Part shown: piece by piece, positions 8,714 through 20,045 of the stretch
Layout: each line of letters opens with the position of its first letter
Numbering within the stretch: position 1 is the first letter of the stretch
From: Candidatus Omnitrophota bacterium
GTDB lineage: Bacteria > Omnitrophota > Omnitrophia > Omnitrophales > Aquincolibacteriaceae
Assembly: GCA_043803685.1 (NCBI GenBank)
Contig: JAZDJU010000061.1
Coordinates: 1-28,515, forward strand
Direction of reading: 5' to 3'
Length of the DNA: 28,515 nucleotides
Notes under the pieces: model-generated
Databases searched by the model: none
Seen by the model: only the letters and a program-made list of their open reading frames with translations
What the model was told of the DNA's origin: nothing
Translations under genes and position numbers: made by a program

Positions 8714-8874
8714 TGATTTATTATCATATTTTATTGCTATATAAACATACTCGAAGAGACTCTTGCCGAAAGCGCGGGGTCTGATTTTTCCGGATCAATG
8801 TCCAAGCGGAAACAGTAGAAAAGCGCGAAAACACCGAGTCAATTGCCTCGGCCTGCTCAAAAAAATTTCAATCC

Positions 8875-10221
8875 TTAGCGTTTCTGGAACCTCTCAAAAT
8901 CCTGGCGGCTTTGCGCAATCGCGGTATCGATATAGGAAGAATTATTGGGAGTTAATTTTTTGGCCTTATCGAGCGCGATCAAGGCCGCATCAAAACGCCC
9001 CAACCCCCGGTAGGTATTCGCCAAAGTCATGTAAGCCTTCGGATCGTCGTAACCCTTGATAAGGGATTCATCCAACATTTTTTTCGCCATCTGAAAATCC
9101 TGGATCCCGTTATAAGCATGCGCGACAGCTACAAGAAGGGGGGGATTCCGGCGCTTGTAGAGCATCCTTTGGCCGCGCGCAATGGCGACCCGATATTGCT
9201 GAGAGGCAGCCTCAACCTGGCCTTTCCCTCTGTAGATATCCCCAAGATCATTATAAATATTCAGATCGTCGGGCTTTAGTTGTATGAGCCGGAGATAACC
9301 TTCAATGGCCTTGTCAGCATGCCCATGATCGCGATAGAGGTTCGTTAAATTGTGGAGCGTTTCCACATTGGCCGGATTAAGGACCAAGGACCTCTCGAGA
9401 AGGGGGATCGCCTGGCCATATCGTTCCAGATTCATATAGGCCAACCCCATATTATTAAGAACAAACGAATTATCCCCGCAGATAGAAAGGGAATCCTTGT
9501 ACTGTTGAAGAGCTGCTTCAAAATCCCCCTGTCCGAAATAGAGATCCCCTAAAAAACTTCGAGCTGCGCAATACTTGGGATCCAACCGGATCGCCGTCTT
9601 GAGATGATCTTCCACGCGATAAAAATCCTGTTCCTCCCTGAAAGACAAGGCGATCAAATAATGGAGATGCGCGGAATCAGGATTCGCCGCAAGCCCCTTG
9701 TTCAATAATTCACGAGCCTTAACCTCATCTCCTTTTTCAAAGCTGCTCACGCCAGATTCAAGGAAATACACATAGGAGGCATCTTTTTTCAAGTCCTTGA
9801 TATCAGGATTGCCCGGATGTAGCTTCTCGGCTTTTTCCAACAACGCTAACGCTTCTGTGGGATGCCCACGGCGAAGATAGATCTCGGCCAGAGCTACAGA
9901 AGCGTCCGTAAAATGCGCGTCTATTTGAAGGGTCTTTTTATACTCGTCCACAGCCAAGCTTTCCGCTCCCTCATCGAGGTAGGAATTTGCCAGCGCATAA
10001 TGTCCAGCTGCAAAAGGAAGAGCCCCCAACACCTTTCGGCCCAGGGATACCACTTTCTTATAGCGAGGATCGATGTATCGTTCATTCGCAGGGATCGCGG
10101 AAAATTCGTTCCACTGATTTCTTCCAACAAAGATAAGCACCCAAAAAAAACCTACGAGGATCGTAGTCCGGATTATTTTTTTCAATAAACCCGCTTTTTG
10201 TTTCACAAAAAACCCTTCCAT
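8875..10221 (-). CDS. Membrane-anchored tetratricopeptide repeat (TPR) protein
   Basis: Basic N-terminus and one TM helix, followed by many 34-aa TPR-type repeats (e.g. VLNNMGLAYMNLERYGQAIPLLERSLVLNP, IYNDLGDIYRGKGQVEAASQQY). Start uncertain (10248, 10221 or GTG at 10206). Confidence 0.85.
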   Translation of the reverse strand: MEGFFVKQKAGLLKKIIRTTILVGFFWVLIFVGRNQWNEFSAIPANERYIDPRYKKVVSLGRKVLGALPFAAGHYALANSYLDEGAESLAVDEYKKTLQIDAHFTDASVALAEIYLRRGHPTEALALLEKAEKLHPGNPDIKDLKKDASYVYFLESGVSSFEKGDEVKARELLNKGLAANPDSAHLHYLIALSFREEQDFYRVEDHLKTAIRLDPKYCAARSFLGDLYFGQGDFEAALQQYKDSLSICGDNSFVLNNMGLAYMNLERYGQAIPLLERSLVLNPANVETLHNLTNLYRDHGHADKAIEGYLRLIQLKPDDLNIYNDLGDIYRGKGQVEAASQQYRVAIARGQRMLYKRRNPPLLVAVAHAYNGIQDFQMAKKMLDESLIKGYDDPKAYMTLANTYRGLGRFDAALIALDKAKKLTPNNSSYIDTAIAQSRQDFERFQKR

Positions 10222-10347
10222 TTTCAGCGATCGAGTTGCGCTTCGCACTACGCCATGTGGATACAGTATCGACCTCTCACGCTAGGGCGTTTACGTGTAT
10301 TCTGCGACGAGAAATGGCTTCAGGAAGAAAAACTCTGTTTAAAAAAG

Positions 10348-10592
10348 CTAGCACTGTTCTCCATTTGATTTTGGGGGGTTAACAGTACTGCCCAAGTTTT
10401 TATTTCATTTCACGAAGGGCGACTTGGACTGCACTGACTTTAATTCAAATTAAGGGTAGTCAGTGCTGCCCCAATCTCAACCCTGTTTCGATTGATAAGA
10501 ATTGGGACTGCACTGATTTCCAATCATTTTTTATTAATGAAAATCAGGTGCTGTACCGCATACCCCTAATTTCGAATGTGATGCGGTACTAG
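10348..10592. repeat. Tandem array of six different hairpin cassettes (34-40 nt) joined by CTG and bounded by CTAG
   Basis: CTAG|CACTGTT..AACAGTA|CTG|CCCAAGT..ACTTGGA|CTG|CACTGACT..AGTCAGTG|CTG|CCCCAAT..ATTGGGA|CTG|CACTGATTT..AAATCAGGTG|CTG|TACCGCAT..ATGCGGTA|CTAG. Confidence 0.85.
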
Positions 10593-11014
10593 TAAAGGGT
10601 GATCCGTCGCCGGGAGGCGTCGAGGATCTCAAACCGGATATGCCGGGCTTTCGCAGGAATAAGGTCCCCGGCTTTTTCAGCCCACTCGACGCAGGAGATC
10701 GCACGAGGATCGTTCACAAAATCCTCGAACCCGATGTTCTCTAATTCCTCGAGAGAATTCAGGCGGTAGCAATCAAAGTGGTAAAGCGGTGTCTTGACTT
10801 TGTAGATATGCATCAGCACGAAGGTCGGGCTCTTCACCTGCGCCGAGCGTTCCAACCCCAGGCCTTCGGCAAGCCCTTTGATGAACGTTGTTTTCCCGCT
10901 CCCGAGCTGACCTTCAAAACAAAGCACCGTTCCGGGCTTGACCTCGGAAGCAACGCTCTTGCCGAGATCCATCGTTTCTTGGGCAGAAGATGTTGTCACC
11001 GTTCGTTGCTTCAT
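10589..11014 (-). CDS. tsaE: tRNA threonylcarbamoyladenosine biosynthesis ATPase TsaE
   Basis: GQLGSGKTTF, VKSPTF, LYHFDCYRL and VEWAEK. Start taken as the ATG at 11014, just after the thiL stop. Confidence 0.95.
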   Translation of the reverse strand: MKQRTVTTSSAQETMDLGKSVASEVKPGTVLCFEGQLGSGKTTFIKGLAEGLGLERSAQVKSPTFVLMHIYKVKTPLYHFDCYRLNSLEELENIGFEDFVNDPRAISCVEWAEKAGDLIPAKARHIRFEILDASRRRITLY

Positions 11015-11015
11015 A

Positions 11016-11948
11016 TCAGAAGTGTGAAAACCCTTTTTGAGAAAGCTCAAGTCCAGCAGCTGGCTTTCCGTTCCGGCGCCAAGAGATCCCGGGAGTTCCC
11101 TTTTCGATCCTCCCGATCCAACTGAGAGGCGTTCCGGGAAATTTCTTTCTCCATTGCCTTTGAATTTTCATCCTGTTCGCGTTCGTGACCGTGAACAAAA
11201 TCTCGAAATCCTCACCGTCACTTAAGGCGCGACGTAGAGCTTTCGCCTCATGGCCGCAACTCATAGTCTTTGCGTCATGAGACACCGGAATTCCGTCGAG
11301 ATCAAGCACTGCTCCCACCTTGGAGCTTTTGAGAATATGGAACAGATCCTGAACAAGACCGTCGGAGATATCGATCATGGCACCCAGCCTCGCATTCTGC
11401 GCGAGAAACAACCCTTCACGGACACGCGGCGTGAATTCATGGTGATGGCGCAAGAGAGAACCGCCCAAAGCGCCCGTCACCGCGATCCAGTCCCCTGGCT
11501 TCGCGCCCGACCTCTTTACGATACGATCCGGTGAAGCCTCCCCAAAGATCGTCACGCTCGCGAAGAACTCTTTGGACTTTGAAAAATCCCCACCGACGCA
11601 GACAACGCCAAATTGTTTGGCCAACGCGAACAGTCCCTTATAAAAACGCTTCAACCACAAAGTGGTAACATAAGAAGGCTTTCCGATATTGATCACAAAC
11701 GAGGTAGGTAACGCTCCCATCGCGGCCATATCGCTCAGATTGACCGCAAGCGCCTTGCGACCGATCTTCTCGGGGCTCAGAGTCTTAAGCTTGAAATCCA
11801 CATTCTCCACGATCACATCAGATGAAACGATAAGCCGTTTATTTTTCGCCACACTCAGCACGGCTGCGTCATCCCCGATCCCGATCAGCACCCGCGAGGA
11901 GCGAGTCGCCTTCTTTCTCAGATACTCGATGAATGAGAATTCGTCCAT
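11016..11948 (-). CDS. thiL: Thiamine-monophosphate kinase
   Basis: MDEFSFI, IGIGDDAA, AVNLSDMAAMGA, GGD, RSGAKPGD, MIDISDGL and GEDFEILFT. Confidence 0.95.
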   Translation of the reverse strand: MDEFSFIEYLRKKATRSSRVLIGIGDDAAVLSVAKNKRLIVSSDVIVENVDFKLKTLSPEKIGRKALAVNLSDMAAMGALPTSFVINIGKPSYVTTLWLKRFYKGLFALAKQFGVVCVGGDFSKSKEFFASVTIFGEASPDRIVKRSGAKPGDWIAVTGALGGSLLRHHHEFTPRVREGLFLAQNARLGAMIDISDGLVQDLFHILKSSKVGAVLDLDGIPVSHDAKTMSCGHEAKALRRALSDGEDFEILFTVTNANRMKIQRQWRKKFPGTPLSWIGRIEKGTPGISWRRNGKPAAGLELSQKGFSHF

Positions 11949-11966
11949 ATCTCCCTTGCCGTATTT

Positions 11967-13037
11967 TTACCGGACGCAGCGCTTGAGGATTTTTTGTATC
12001 TTTCCGATCGATCGTTTGAAAGGCGGCTTGAGAACACCGGCTTCGGTAATGATCCCGGAGATGTATTCGTGGGGGGTCACGTCGAACGACGGATTGAAGA
12101 TCTTCATCCCCTTTGGAGCAAGACGCTTGCCGTTCATTTCGGAGACTTCGGAGTGCGGCCGCTCCTCGATCGGGATATCCTTCCCCGTCTTCGCCTTGAG
12201 ATCAAAAGTCGTACTCGGTGCCGCGATGTAGAACGGGATCTTGTGAACATGCGCGAGCACGGCAACGCCATAAGTGCCGATCTTGTTGGCCGTATCACCG
12301 TTCATGGCAATGCGGTCAGCACCCACCACCACGCCATCGATCTTCCCCGCCCGCATAAGACTCGCCGCCATGTTGTCACAGATCAAGGTCGAAGGGATCT
12401 TGTTCTTATGAAGTTCCCAGGCGGTCAGGCGCGCGCCCTGCAAAAGCGGCCGCGTTTCGTCGGCATAGACAAAGAACGGGATCTTTTTCTCTTTCATCGC
12501 ATAAAAGACCGCAAGTGCGGTTCCGTAACCCGAAGTCGCAAGCCCCCCGGCATTGCAATGCGTGAGGATGCGGGAACCCGCCTTAAAAAGTTTCGAACCG
12601 TATTTTCCGATACTCCGGCAAATGAGAATATCCTCGGTGTGGATACTTTTCGCTTCCTGGAGCACCAGTTCCCGGAGCTTTGCGACACTCGTTTCCCTGC
12701 TCACGGTGGTTTTATGGACGATCCTTTCAACCGCGTAAGCGAGATTCCGGGCGGTCGGTCGTGAGGAATCGAGATACGCCGCCTGCTCCCGAAGTTTCTT
12801 CAGGAAACCTTCCCGCGTCCCGCGAAAGGTGTGAATACCTAGATAGAGTCCGTAACCTGCCGTGACGCCGATCGCGGGCGCCCCGCGCACCACCATCGTA
12901 CGGATCGCTTTCCAGACCGCCTGGGAATTCCGGCACGAAACCCAGATCTCTTGAACGGGAAGTTTTCGCTGGTCCAAAAGATAAAGCGTTTTATTCGAAA
13001 ATCGAAGCGGAGAAAAAGGCACTTTTAAATTCTTCAT
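11967..13037 (-). CDS. mtnA: S-methyl-5-thioribose-1-phosphate isomerase
   Basis: LDQRKLP, MVVRGAPAIG, RPTARNL, THCNAGGLAT, ETRPLLQGARLT, GADRIAMNGDTANKIGTY and FDVTP. Confidence 0.96.
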   Translation of the reverse strand: MKNLKVPFSPLRFSNKTLYLLDQRKLPVQEIWVSCRNSQAVWKAIRTMVVRGAPAIGVTAGYGLYLGIHTFRGTREGFLKKLREQAAYLDSSRPTARNLAYAVERIVHKTTVSRETSVAKLRELVLQEAKSIHTEDILICRSIGKYGSKLFKAGSRILTHCNAGGLATSGYGTALAVFYAMKEKKIPFFVYADETRPLLQGARLTAWELHKNKIPSTLICDNMAASLMRAGKIDGVVVGADRIAMNGDTANKIGTYGVAVLAHVHKIPFYIAAPSTTFDLKAKTGKDIPIEERPHSEVSEMNGKRLAPKGMKIFNPSFDVTPHEYISGIITEAGVLKPPFKRSIGKIQKILKRCVR

Positions 13038-13047
13038 AGATCCCTCA

Positions 13048-13656
13048 TTAAGAAAGCCATTGTGTCAGACTCGGGACCCCGACCAGCCAACAAAGAAGGT
13101 CCGTCCCCGCCCGAACAATCGGCATTAGAAACCCGGTGAAATAAAACAGCAACACGAGAAGAAAGCCAAACCTCTCGGTCCTAAGATACCAGACCGCCCA
13201 CTCCACAGGTAAGAGACCCGCAAGGATCCGAGAACCATCCAAGGGCGGAAGAGGCACAAGATTGAGCGCCCCGAGGCCCAGATTCATATAAACCCCGTAG
13301 AGCAGGAACGGATTATGGGTCATCCTGAAAAAGAAGGCAAGCGCCGCGGCCATCAGGATATTCGAGAGCGGCCCCGCCAACGCAACCCAGATCATGTCCC
13401 GCCGCGGATTTCTGAGATTAGAAAAATTGACGGGAACGGGTTTTGCCATCCCGATCATAAATCGGCCGCCGGTAGTAAAAAAAAGAAGCGCCGGAAAAAT
13501 AAGCGTCCAGAAGGGATCGATGTGCGGGATCGGGTTCAGAGTAAGACGCCCCGCGCGCTTGGCGGTATCGTCCCCGAGCCAATGCGCCACAAGCCCGTGG
13601 CTGATCTCATGGACGATCATCGCTACGAACAGGAATAGAAGCGTGACAAGGATCAT
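13048..13656 (-). CDS. Site-2 protease family (M50) zinc metalloprotease, YwhC-like
   Basis: HEISH, GDDTAKRAGRLTLNP, VALAGP and NLVPLPPLDG. Start ATG at 13656 overlaps the tatD stop (ATGA). Confidence 0.92.
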   Translation of the reverse strand: MILVTLLFLFVAMIVHEISHGLVAHWLGDDTAKRAGRLTLNPIPHIDPFWTLIFPALLFFTTGGRFMIGMAKPVPVNFSNLRNPRRDMIWVALAGPLSNILMAAALAFFFRMTHNPFLLYGVYMNLGLGALNLVPLPPLDGSRILAGLLPVEWAVWYLRTERFGFLLVLLFYFTGFLMPIVRAGTDLLCWLVGVPSLTQWLS

Positions 13657-14420
13657 AGGCCGAAAAGACGTTTTGCGTTGGTCGTGGTGAGCTCTGCGAG
13701 TTCCTCTACTGTCACACCGTGGAGCTGGGCAGCACATTCCGCTGTTTCGATCATGTACAGAGGCTCATTCCGCTTCCCCCGCACCGATTGCGGCGCAAGG
13801 TACGGCCCGTCGGTCTCAAGAAGCAGGTGGTCTTTCGGACACGCCGCGCAAGCTTCGCGCAGAGGGTCATTCTTTTTGTAGGTCAATGCTCCCCCGAACG
13901 CGATATAAAACCCAAGGTCCAAATACTTTTTCATCGTCGCCGCGTCCGAGGAATAACAGTGAAGCGTCCCGCGATAGGCTAACTGAGTATGCGTCTTCAG
14001 AATATTCAGAAGATCTTCGTAGGCATCGCGGCAATGAATGATGATGGGCTTCTGATACTTTTCATACCAACCGAGAAAGGTCTGGAGAAGCTGCGCCTGC
14101 ACGTCCCTCGGCGAATGGTCGTGAAAATAATCGAGCCCCACCTCTCCGATCGCGACCACTTTGGGATGCGTGAGGAGTTTTTCGAGCGCGGCAAGGTCTT
14201 CGGCGCTGGCCGTTTTCGTTTCGTGAGGATGGTACCCGATCGCGGCATAGACTTCCGGATATCCTTCGGCGACCGCGATGGCCTTTCGGGAATTTTCAAG
14301 ATCCGTACCAATATTCAGAAAAGAGCTCACCCCACCTCGAACCGCCCGTTCGATCACTTCCCGCCGGTCAGCGTCATATTGGGGAAAATGCAGATGGACG
14401 TGAGTGTCCGTCAGGTTCAT
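13653..14420 (-). CDS. tatD: TatD family deoxyribonuclease
   Basis: DTHVH, GYHPH, AIGEVGLDY, IIHCRDA, HCYS, LLETDGPYLAP and RGKRNEP. Confidence 0.95.
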   Translation of the reverse strand: MNLTDTHVHLHFPQYDADRREVIERAVRGGVSSFLNIGTDLENSRKAIAVAEGYPEVYAAIGYHPHETKTASAEDLAALEKLLTHPKVVAIGEVGLDYFHDHSPRDVQAQLLQTFLGWYEKYQKPIIIHCRDAYEDLLNILKTHTQLAYRGTLHCYSSDAATMKKYLDLGFYIAFGGALTYKKNDPLREACAACPKDHLLLETDGPYLAPQSVRGKRNEPLYMIETAECAAQLHGVTVEELAELTTTNAKRLFGL

Positions 14421-15946
14421 GCCGTTTTCTCTTCAAGGCGCGGAAAAAGCGGCTCTCCTTTTTCGATCACCGTTCCAACAGTGACCAAAGACTTGGAAAA
14501 TTCCTTGCCGTCCGTGATCTTTTCGTAGGAAGCGACTTTGAGACGCGCCAGGATCTTTTTCGCTGTCTCAGGCATAAAGGCCTGGAGCAACACCGCGGTA
14601 TGCGCCACGCTATCAGCTAAATTGAAAAGCACGTCCGCGAGTTCTTCTTTTTTAGAAGGATCTTTGGCCAGCGACCAGGGCTTCGTCTCTTCCACGAACT
14701 GATTCGCGCGAGTGATCACCGCCCATATCGCGGCCAACGCTTCGCGCGGCGCGTGAGAAAGGACCGCTTTTGAAACGTCTTCCCATAGCTTCAGAGGCGC
14801 ATAAAAACGGTCCGCCGTAACACCTTGCGGAACTTTTCCTTCGAAGTATTTTTCGATCATGGAAGCCGTCCGGTGCCAAAGATTGCCGAGGCCATTGGCC
14901 AGATCACTCGAGTAGCGTTCCACTAAAAGATCTTCGGAGTAGCTCCCATCCATGCCCAGAGTGACCTCGTTCAGGAGAAAATACCGGAGCACATCACTGC
15001 TGTATTTCTCGACGATTGCGATCGGGTCGACAACATTTCCGACCGATTTCGACATCTTCGCGCCGCCGATCTTCCACCACCCGTGTGCGAACACGAGCTT
15101 CGGCATTTCGACGCCCATGGCCTTGAGCATGATCGGCCAGAAGATCGCGTGCTGACGGAGAATGTCCTTCCCCAAGAGCTGAAGATCCGCCGGCCAAAGC
15201 GATTTAAATTTTTTCTCGTCCTGAAGATAGCCGGCCCCGCTGAGGTAATTCAGGAGCGCGTCAAACCAGACATAAATGACGTGGTCCTTGGACCCAGGAT
15301 ACTCGATCCCCCAAGTCAGGCGCGCCTTGGGCCGTGTGATGCACAGATCCTCAAGCGGTTCCTTCAAAAATCCGAGCACCTCGTTCTTGCGGTACTCCGG
15401 CTGAATAAAATCCGGGTGCTGACCGATATAATCGACAAGCCATTGCTGATAAGCGGACATCTTGAAAAAGTAGTTTTCTTCTTCGAGCCGATCCACCCCA
15501 CGGTTACATTCGGGACACTTTCCTTCCTTAAGCTGCAACTCGGTCCAGAAAGATTCACACGGCGTGCAGTACCAACCCTGGTAAGACGCCTTGTAGATGT
15601 CGCCCTTTTTCTCGAGCGCGCTCAGCACCTTCTGGACGACCTGCTTGTGGTAATCATCGGTCGTGCGGATAAAGTGGTCATACTGGATCCCGAGCACGCA
15701 CCAAAGCTCCTTGAACTGCGGGACGATCTCATCGACAAAAGCCTTGGGGTCTTTACCCTGTTCAGCTGCGGCCTTCTGCACCTTGATCCCGTGCTCGTCC
15801 GTTCCGGTGATATAGAAAACATTCTCGCCGATCATCCGGTGAAAACGCGCAAAGGTGTCGCACAGGATGCTCGTGTAAGCGTGTCCAATGTGCGGCTTGC
15901 CGTTCACGTAGTAAATGGGCGTTGTCAGATAATAAGTCTTTGTCAT
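14417..15946 (-). CDS. metG: Methionine--tRNA ligase (short form lacking the C-terminal tRNA-binding domain)
   Basis: TTPIYYVN, HIGH, GTDEHG, CTPC/CPEC zinc knuckle, YVWFDAL and KMSKS. Confidence 0.97.
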   Translation of the reverse strand: MTKTYYLTTPIYYVNGKPHIGHAYTSILCDTFARFHRMIGENVFYITGTDEHGIKVQKAAAEQGKDPKAFVDEIVPQFKELWCVLGIQYDHFIRTTDDYHKQVVQKVLSALEKKGDIYKASYQGWYCTPCESFWTELQLKEGKCPECNRGVDRLEEENYFFKMSAYQQWLVDYIGQHPDFIQPEYRKNEVLGFLKEPLEDLCITRPKARLTWGIEYPGSKDHVIYVWFDALLNYLSGAGYLQDEKKFKSLWPADLQLLGKDILRQHAIFWPIMLKAMGVEMPKLVFAHGWWKIGGAKMSKSVGNVVDPIAIVEKYSSDVLRYFLLNEVTLGMDGSYSEDLLVERYSSDLANGLGNLWHRTASMIEKYFEGKVPQGVTADRFYAPLKLWEDVSKAVLSHAPREALAAIWAVITRANQFVEETKPWSLAKDPSKKEELADVLFNLADSVAHTAVLLQAFMPETAKKILARLKVASYEKITDGKEFSKSLVTVGTVIEKGEPLFPRLEEKTA

Positions 15947-16815
15947 AAAGAGACCACTTTCTGGGACGGAAAGAGACGCGAAAGCCTCATGGCCAACCGC
16001 GTCGCCATCAGTTTCTGGTTCACATTCATATCAAGCGCCGCCTTGGAATCGTAAAGAAGGTCCATCGCCTCAAGCCACAGGTTCACTTTGGCAGAGTCCG
16101 CATCACCCTTCGAGACCATCTGATAGATCTTCTCCCGGGAAGTGGCCATGAGCCCGTCGAGCTTTCGTTTCACTTCATCACGCGCCAAGGTCGGAAAGGT
16201 CTCGAACACCTCGCGTACCGGCAAAGCTTCAAGTGATCCCACGCCCATCGGAATAGACGGTGCTGCCATCGGCATCAAACGGATCTCGAACGAACGCGAC
16301 TGGATCGTCTCGAGAAGATTTTCCTTATTCTCCACCAGAAGACAGAAGACCGTGTTCTTGGGTGGCTCCTCGAGCGTTTTCAGGAACGCATTCGCCGCGA
16401 CCTCCTGCATACGCTCCGCCTTGGGAATAATGCAAACCTTCCACTCGCCCTCAAAAGGCTTCATGGACGCCCACTGGATCGTTTCGCGAACGGTTTCAAC
16501 CTTGATCGACCGTTCGGTAAGATCTTCCCCGAGCCACCGGACATCCGGATAGCTGTGTTTCCATATCCGGTTAAGAAGTCCCGCGTCCTTCGCGCTAAAA
16601 AGTTTTGGGTCGCGGCTTTCGAGCGCGTAGGCAAATGCCACCGCGAATTCTTCCTTAATGTCCGCGCTGTGCCGCTCACCGCCCATCTCGGCAGTTTCCC
16701 CTTCGTCCCCGCAACCGCTAAAAATGTAGGAAGAGGCAATGCGCCCTTCCCGGATATGGGACTCCAGAATACGCGCCGCAAGTTTCTGGGTATTATTGGC
16801 CAAAAACACGTTCAA
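15943..16815 (-). CDS. holB: DNA polymerase III subunit delta' (divergent)
   Basis: YPDV, IKVETVRE, AERMQEVAANAFLKTLEEPP and LLETIQSRS; located between tmk and metG. Confidence 0.85.
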   Translation of the reverse strand: MNVFLANNTQKLAARILESHIREGRIASSYIFSGCGDEGETAEMGGERHSADIKEEFAVAFAYALESRDPKLFSAKDAGLLNRIWKHSYPDVRWLGEDLTERSIKVETVRETIQWASMKPFEGEWKVCIIPKAERMQEVAANAFLKTLEEPPKNTVFCLLVENKENLLETIQSRSFEIRLMPMAAPSIPMGVGSLEALPVREVFETFPTLARDEVKRKLDGLMATSREKIYQMVSKGDADSAKVNLWLEAMDLLYDSKAALDMNVNQKLMATRLAMRLSRLFPSQKVVSL

Positions 16816-17406
16816 GCCTTTCCCGGATCATTTCACTCACCCGCTCCACGGACTGGTTGCTGTCGATCACGACCATGCGTCTCGGTTCTTTTTTCGCGAG
16901 CGCAAGGAATCCCTGCCGTACCCGCCGGTGAAAGCTCAAAGCCTCGCGTTCGATCCGGTCGTGGCGACCGCCACGTGCGAGCCCTTTCGCGATATCAATA
17001 TCGAGCACAAAGGTCAGGTCCGGCTTGAGCGTTTCCCGGACGAGGCGACTCGCCTGCTCGATCGCCTGAAGCGAAAGTCCACGGCCAAATCCCTGATAGG
17101 CGCGCGTGGAATCCTCAAAACGATCACAAATCACAACCTTCCCCGTTTTAAGCGCCGGAAGGACCTTTTCACGGACGATCTGAGCGCGAGCCGCGAGATA
17201 CAGCAAAAGCTCCGTCACAGGCGCCATTTCTTTCAGGTTCTTGTCCAAAAGGATCGCGCGAATCGCTTCGCTGATCCTCGTGCCCCCCGGCTCGCGAAGC
17301 ATAACGACCGAGCGCCCCTTCTTTTTCAGAAAAGCAACGGTCTTGCGGATCTGCGTGCTCTTCCCGCTCCCCTCCGCCCCTTCAAATGTAATGAAAAATC
17401 CTTTTT

Positions 17407-17410
<4 letters not shown>
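16793..17410 (-). CDS. tmk: Thymidylate kinase
   Basis: FITFEGAEGSGKSTQ, REPGGT, ELLLYLAARAQ, CDRFEDSTRAYQG and PDLT. Confidence 0.97.
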
Positions 17411-18824
<1,414 letters not shown>

Positions 18825-18828
<4 letters not shown>

Positions 18829-20027
18829 GGCGTTACTTTCCTCATGCTCACAAGAGCTTCACATGTCACGGCCAGACCTTCCCCTTCGGGGCCGAGGCCT
18901 TCCCGGGTACGGGCCTTGATCGAAACATCTTGTTCGGAAAGACCGAGACACTTCGCGACACTTTTACGGATCTTCGGCTTGTGCGCGTAAAGCTTCGGAG
19001 ATTCCAGGATAATATTCGTGTCCACATGATACGGCTGCCATCCCCGCCGTTTCGCTTCCGCGAGAACGGTCGTAAGGATCTTCGTGCTCCGGATATTCTT
19101 GAACTTCGGGTCGCGGTCCGAGAACCATTCCCCAATGTCCCCGGCCCCGATCGCTCCCAAGATCGCGTCCGTGATCGCGTGCAAAAGCGCGTCCCCGTCC
19201 GAATGACCGAGCGAGCCTTTGGGCGACGGGATCACCACACCGCCGAGATAGAGCTTGCGGCCCGGGACAAGCCGGTGAGTATCAAAACCGATCCCGACAC
19301 GAACTTCCTGTGGAACGTTCTTTTCTGTCATCGCTTGAGCCAGTTTTAGATCCGTCAAAATTGTGAGTTTGGGATTCCAGTCACTGTGAGACACAACCCG
19401 CACACGGGCGCCGATCGCCTCCAAAAGTCCCGCCTCGTCCGTCGCTTCGAACGCCTTGGGATTCTGCGTGTACGCTTTCAAAAGAACTTCCCGCCGGACG
19501 AACTGCGGCGTCTCGGCCTCAAAAAGCGTCCCACGATCCACCGTTTCATGAATAGGCCCGTCCGAGGTCAGAACTTTTTTGATCGTCGGCACGACCTTGC
19601 GGGCCAGGATCACCCCATCCCAACCCTTCGCGGCCTTGATCACTTGCCGGACCGCTTCGGGTGTCACAAGCGGCCTTGCCCCGTCATGCACCATGACCCA
19701 ATCAGAACGCGGCGAAGTTTTTTTAAGCGCCTTCCACACCGACTCGGCGCGAGTCTTGCCGCCCAGGATCCACTGGATCCGCGCCCCTCGGGTCAGTTGC
19801 TTCCACTTTTTGACCTCAGGACGCATTTCGGGACTGATGGCAACGATCGTCTCATGGATCTCAGAAATCTTGGCAAAGGCCCGAAGGGTTTTGAGGAGCA
19901 CCGGTTCCCCGTTCAGCTGGTAGAGGAGCTTGGAGCCAAGCGGAGCATCCCTCTTATCCGAACGACCCAGACTTTGCCGAAAGCGATTACCCAGTCCGGC
20001 GGCGGGAATAATGAGAGAGATTCGCAT
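18825..20027 (-). CDS. ispDF: Bifunctional IspD/IspF (MEP pathway)
   Basis: IspD part: PAAGLG, GGKTRAESV, VHDGARP, ETPQ, TDEA, NPKLT. IspF part: RVGIGFDTH, GHSDGDALLHAITDA, GDIG. Confidence 0.95.
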
Positions 20028-20045
20028 TCACCCCTACCTTCCTCC

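Noticed and set aside
10348..10592. CRISPR array interpretation of the ~40-nt periodic regions (also 25682-25853)
   Set aside because: The only constant element is 3 nt, there is no 23-47-nt direct repeat, the period is too short, and there are no cas genes in the window.
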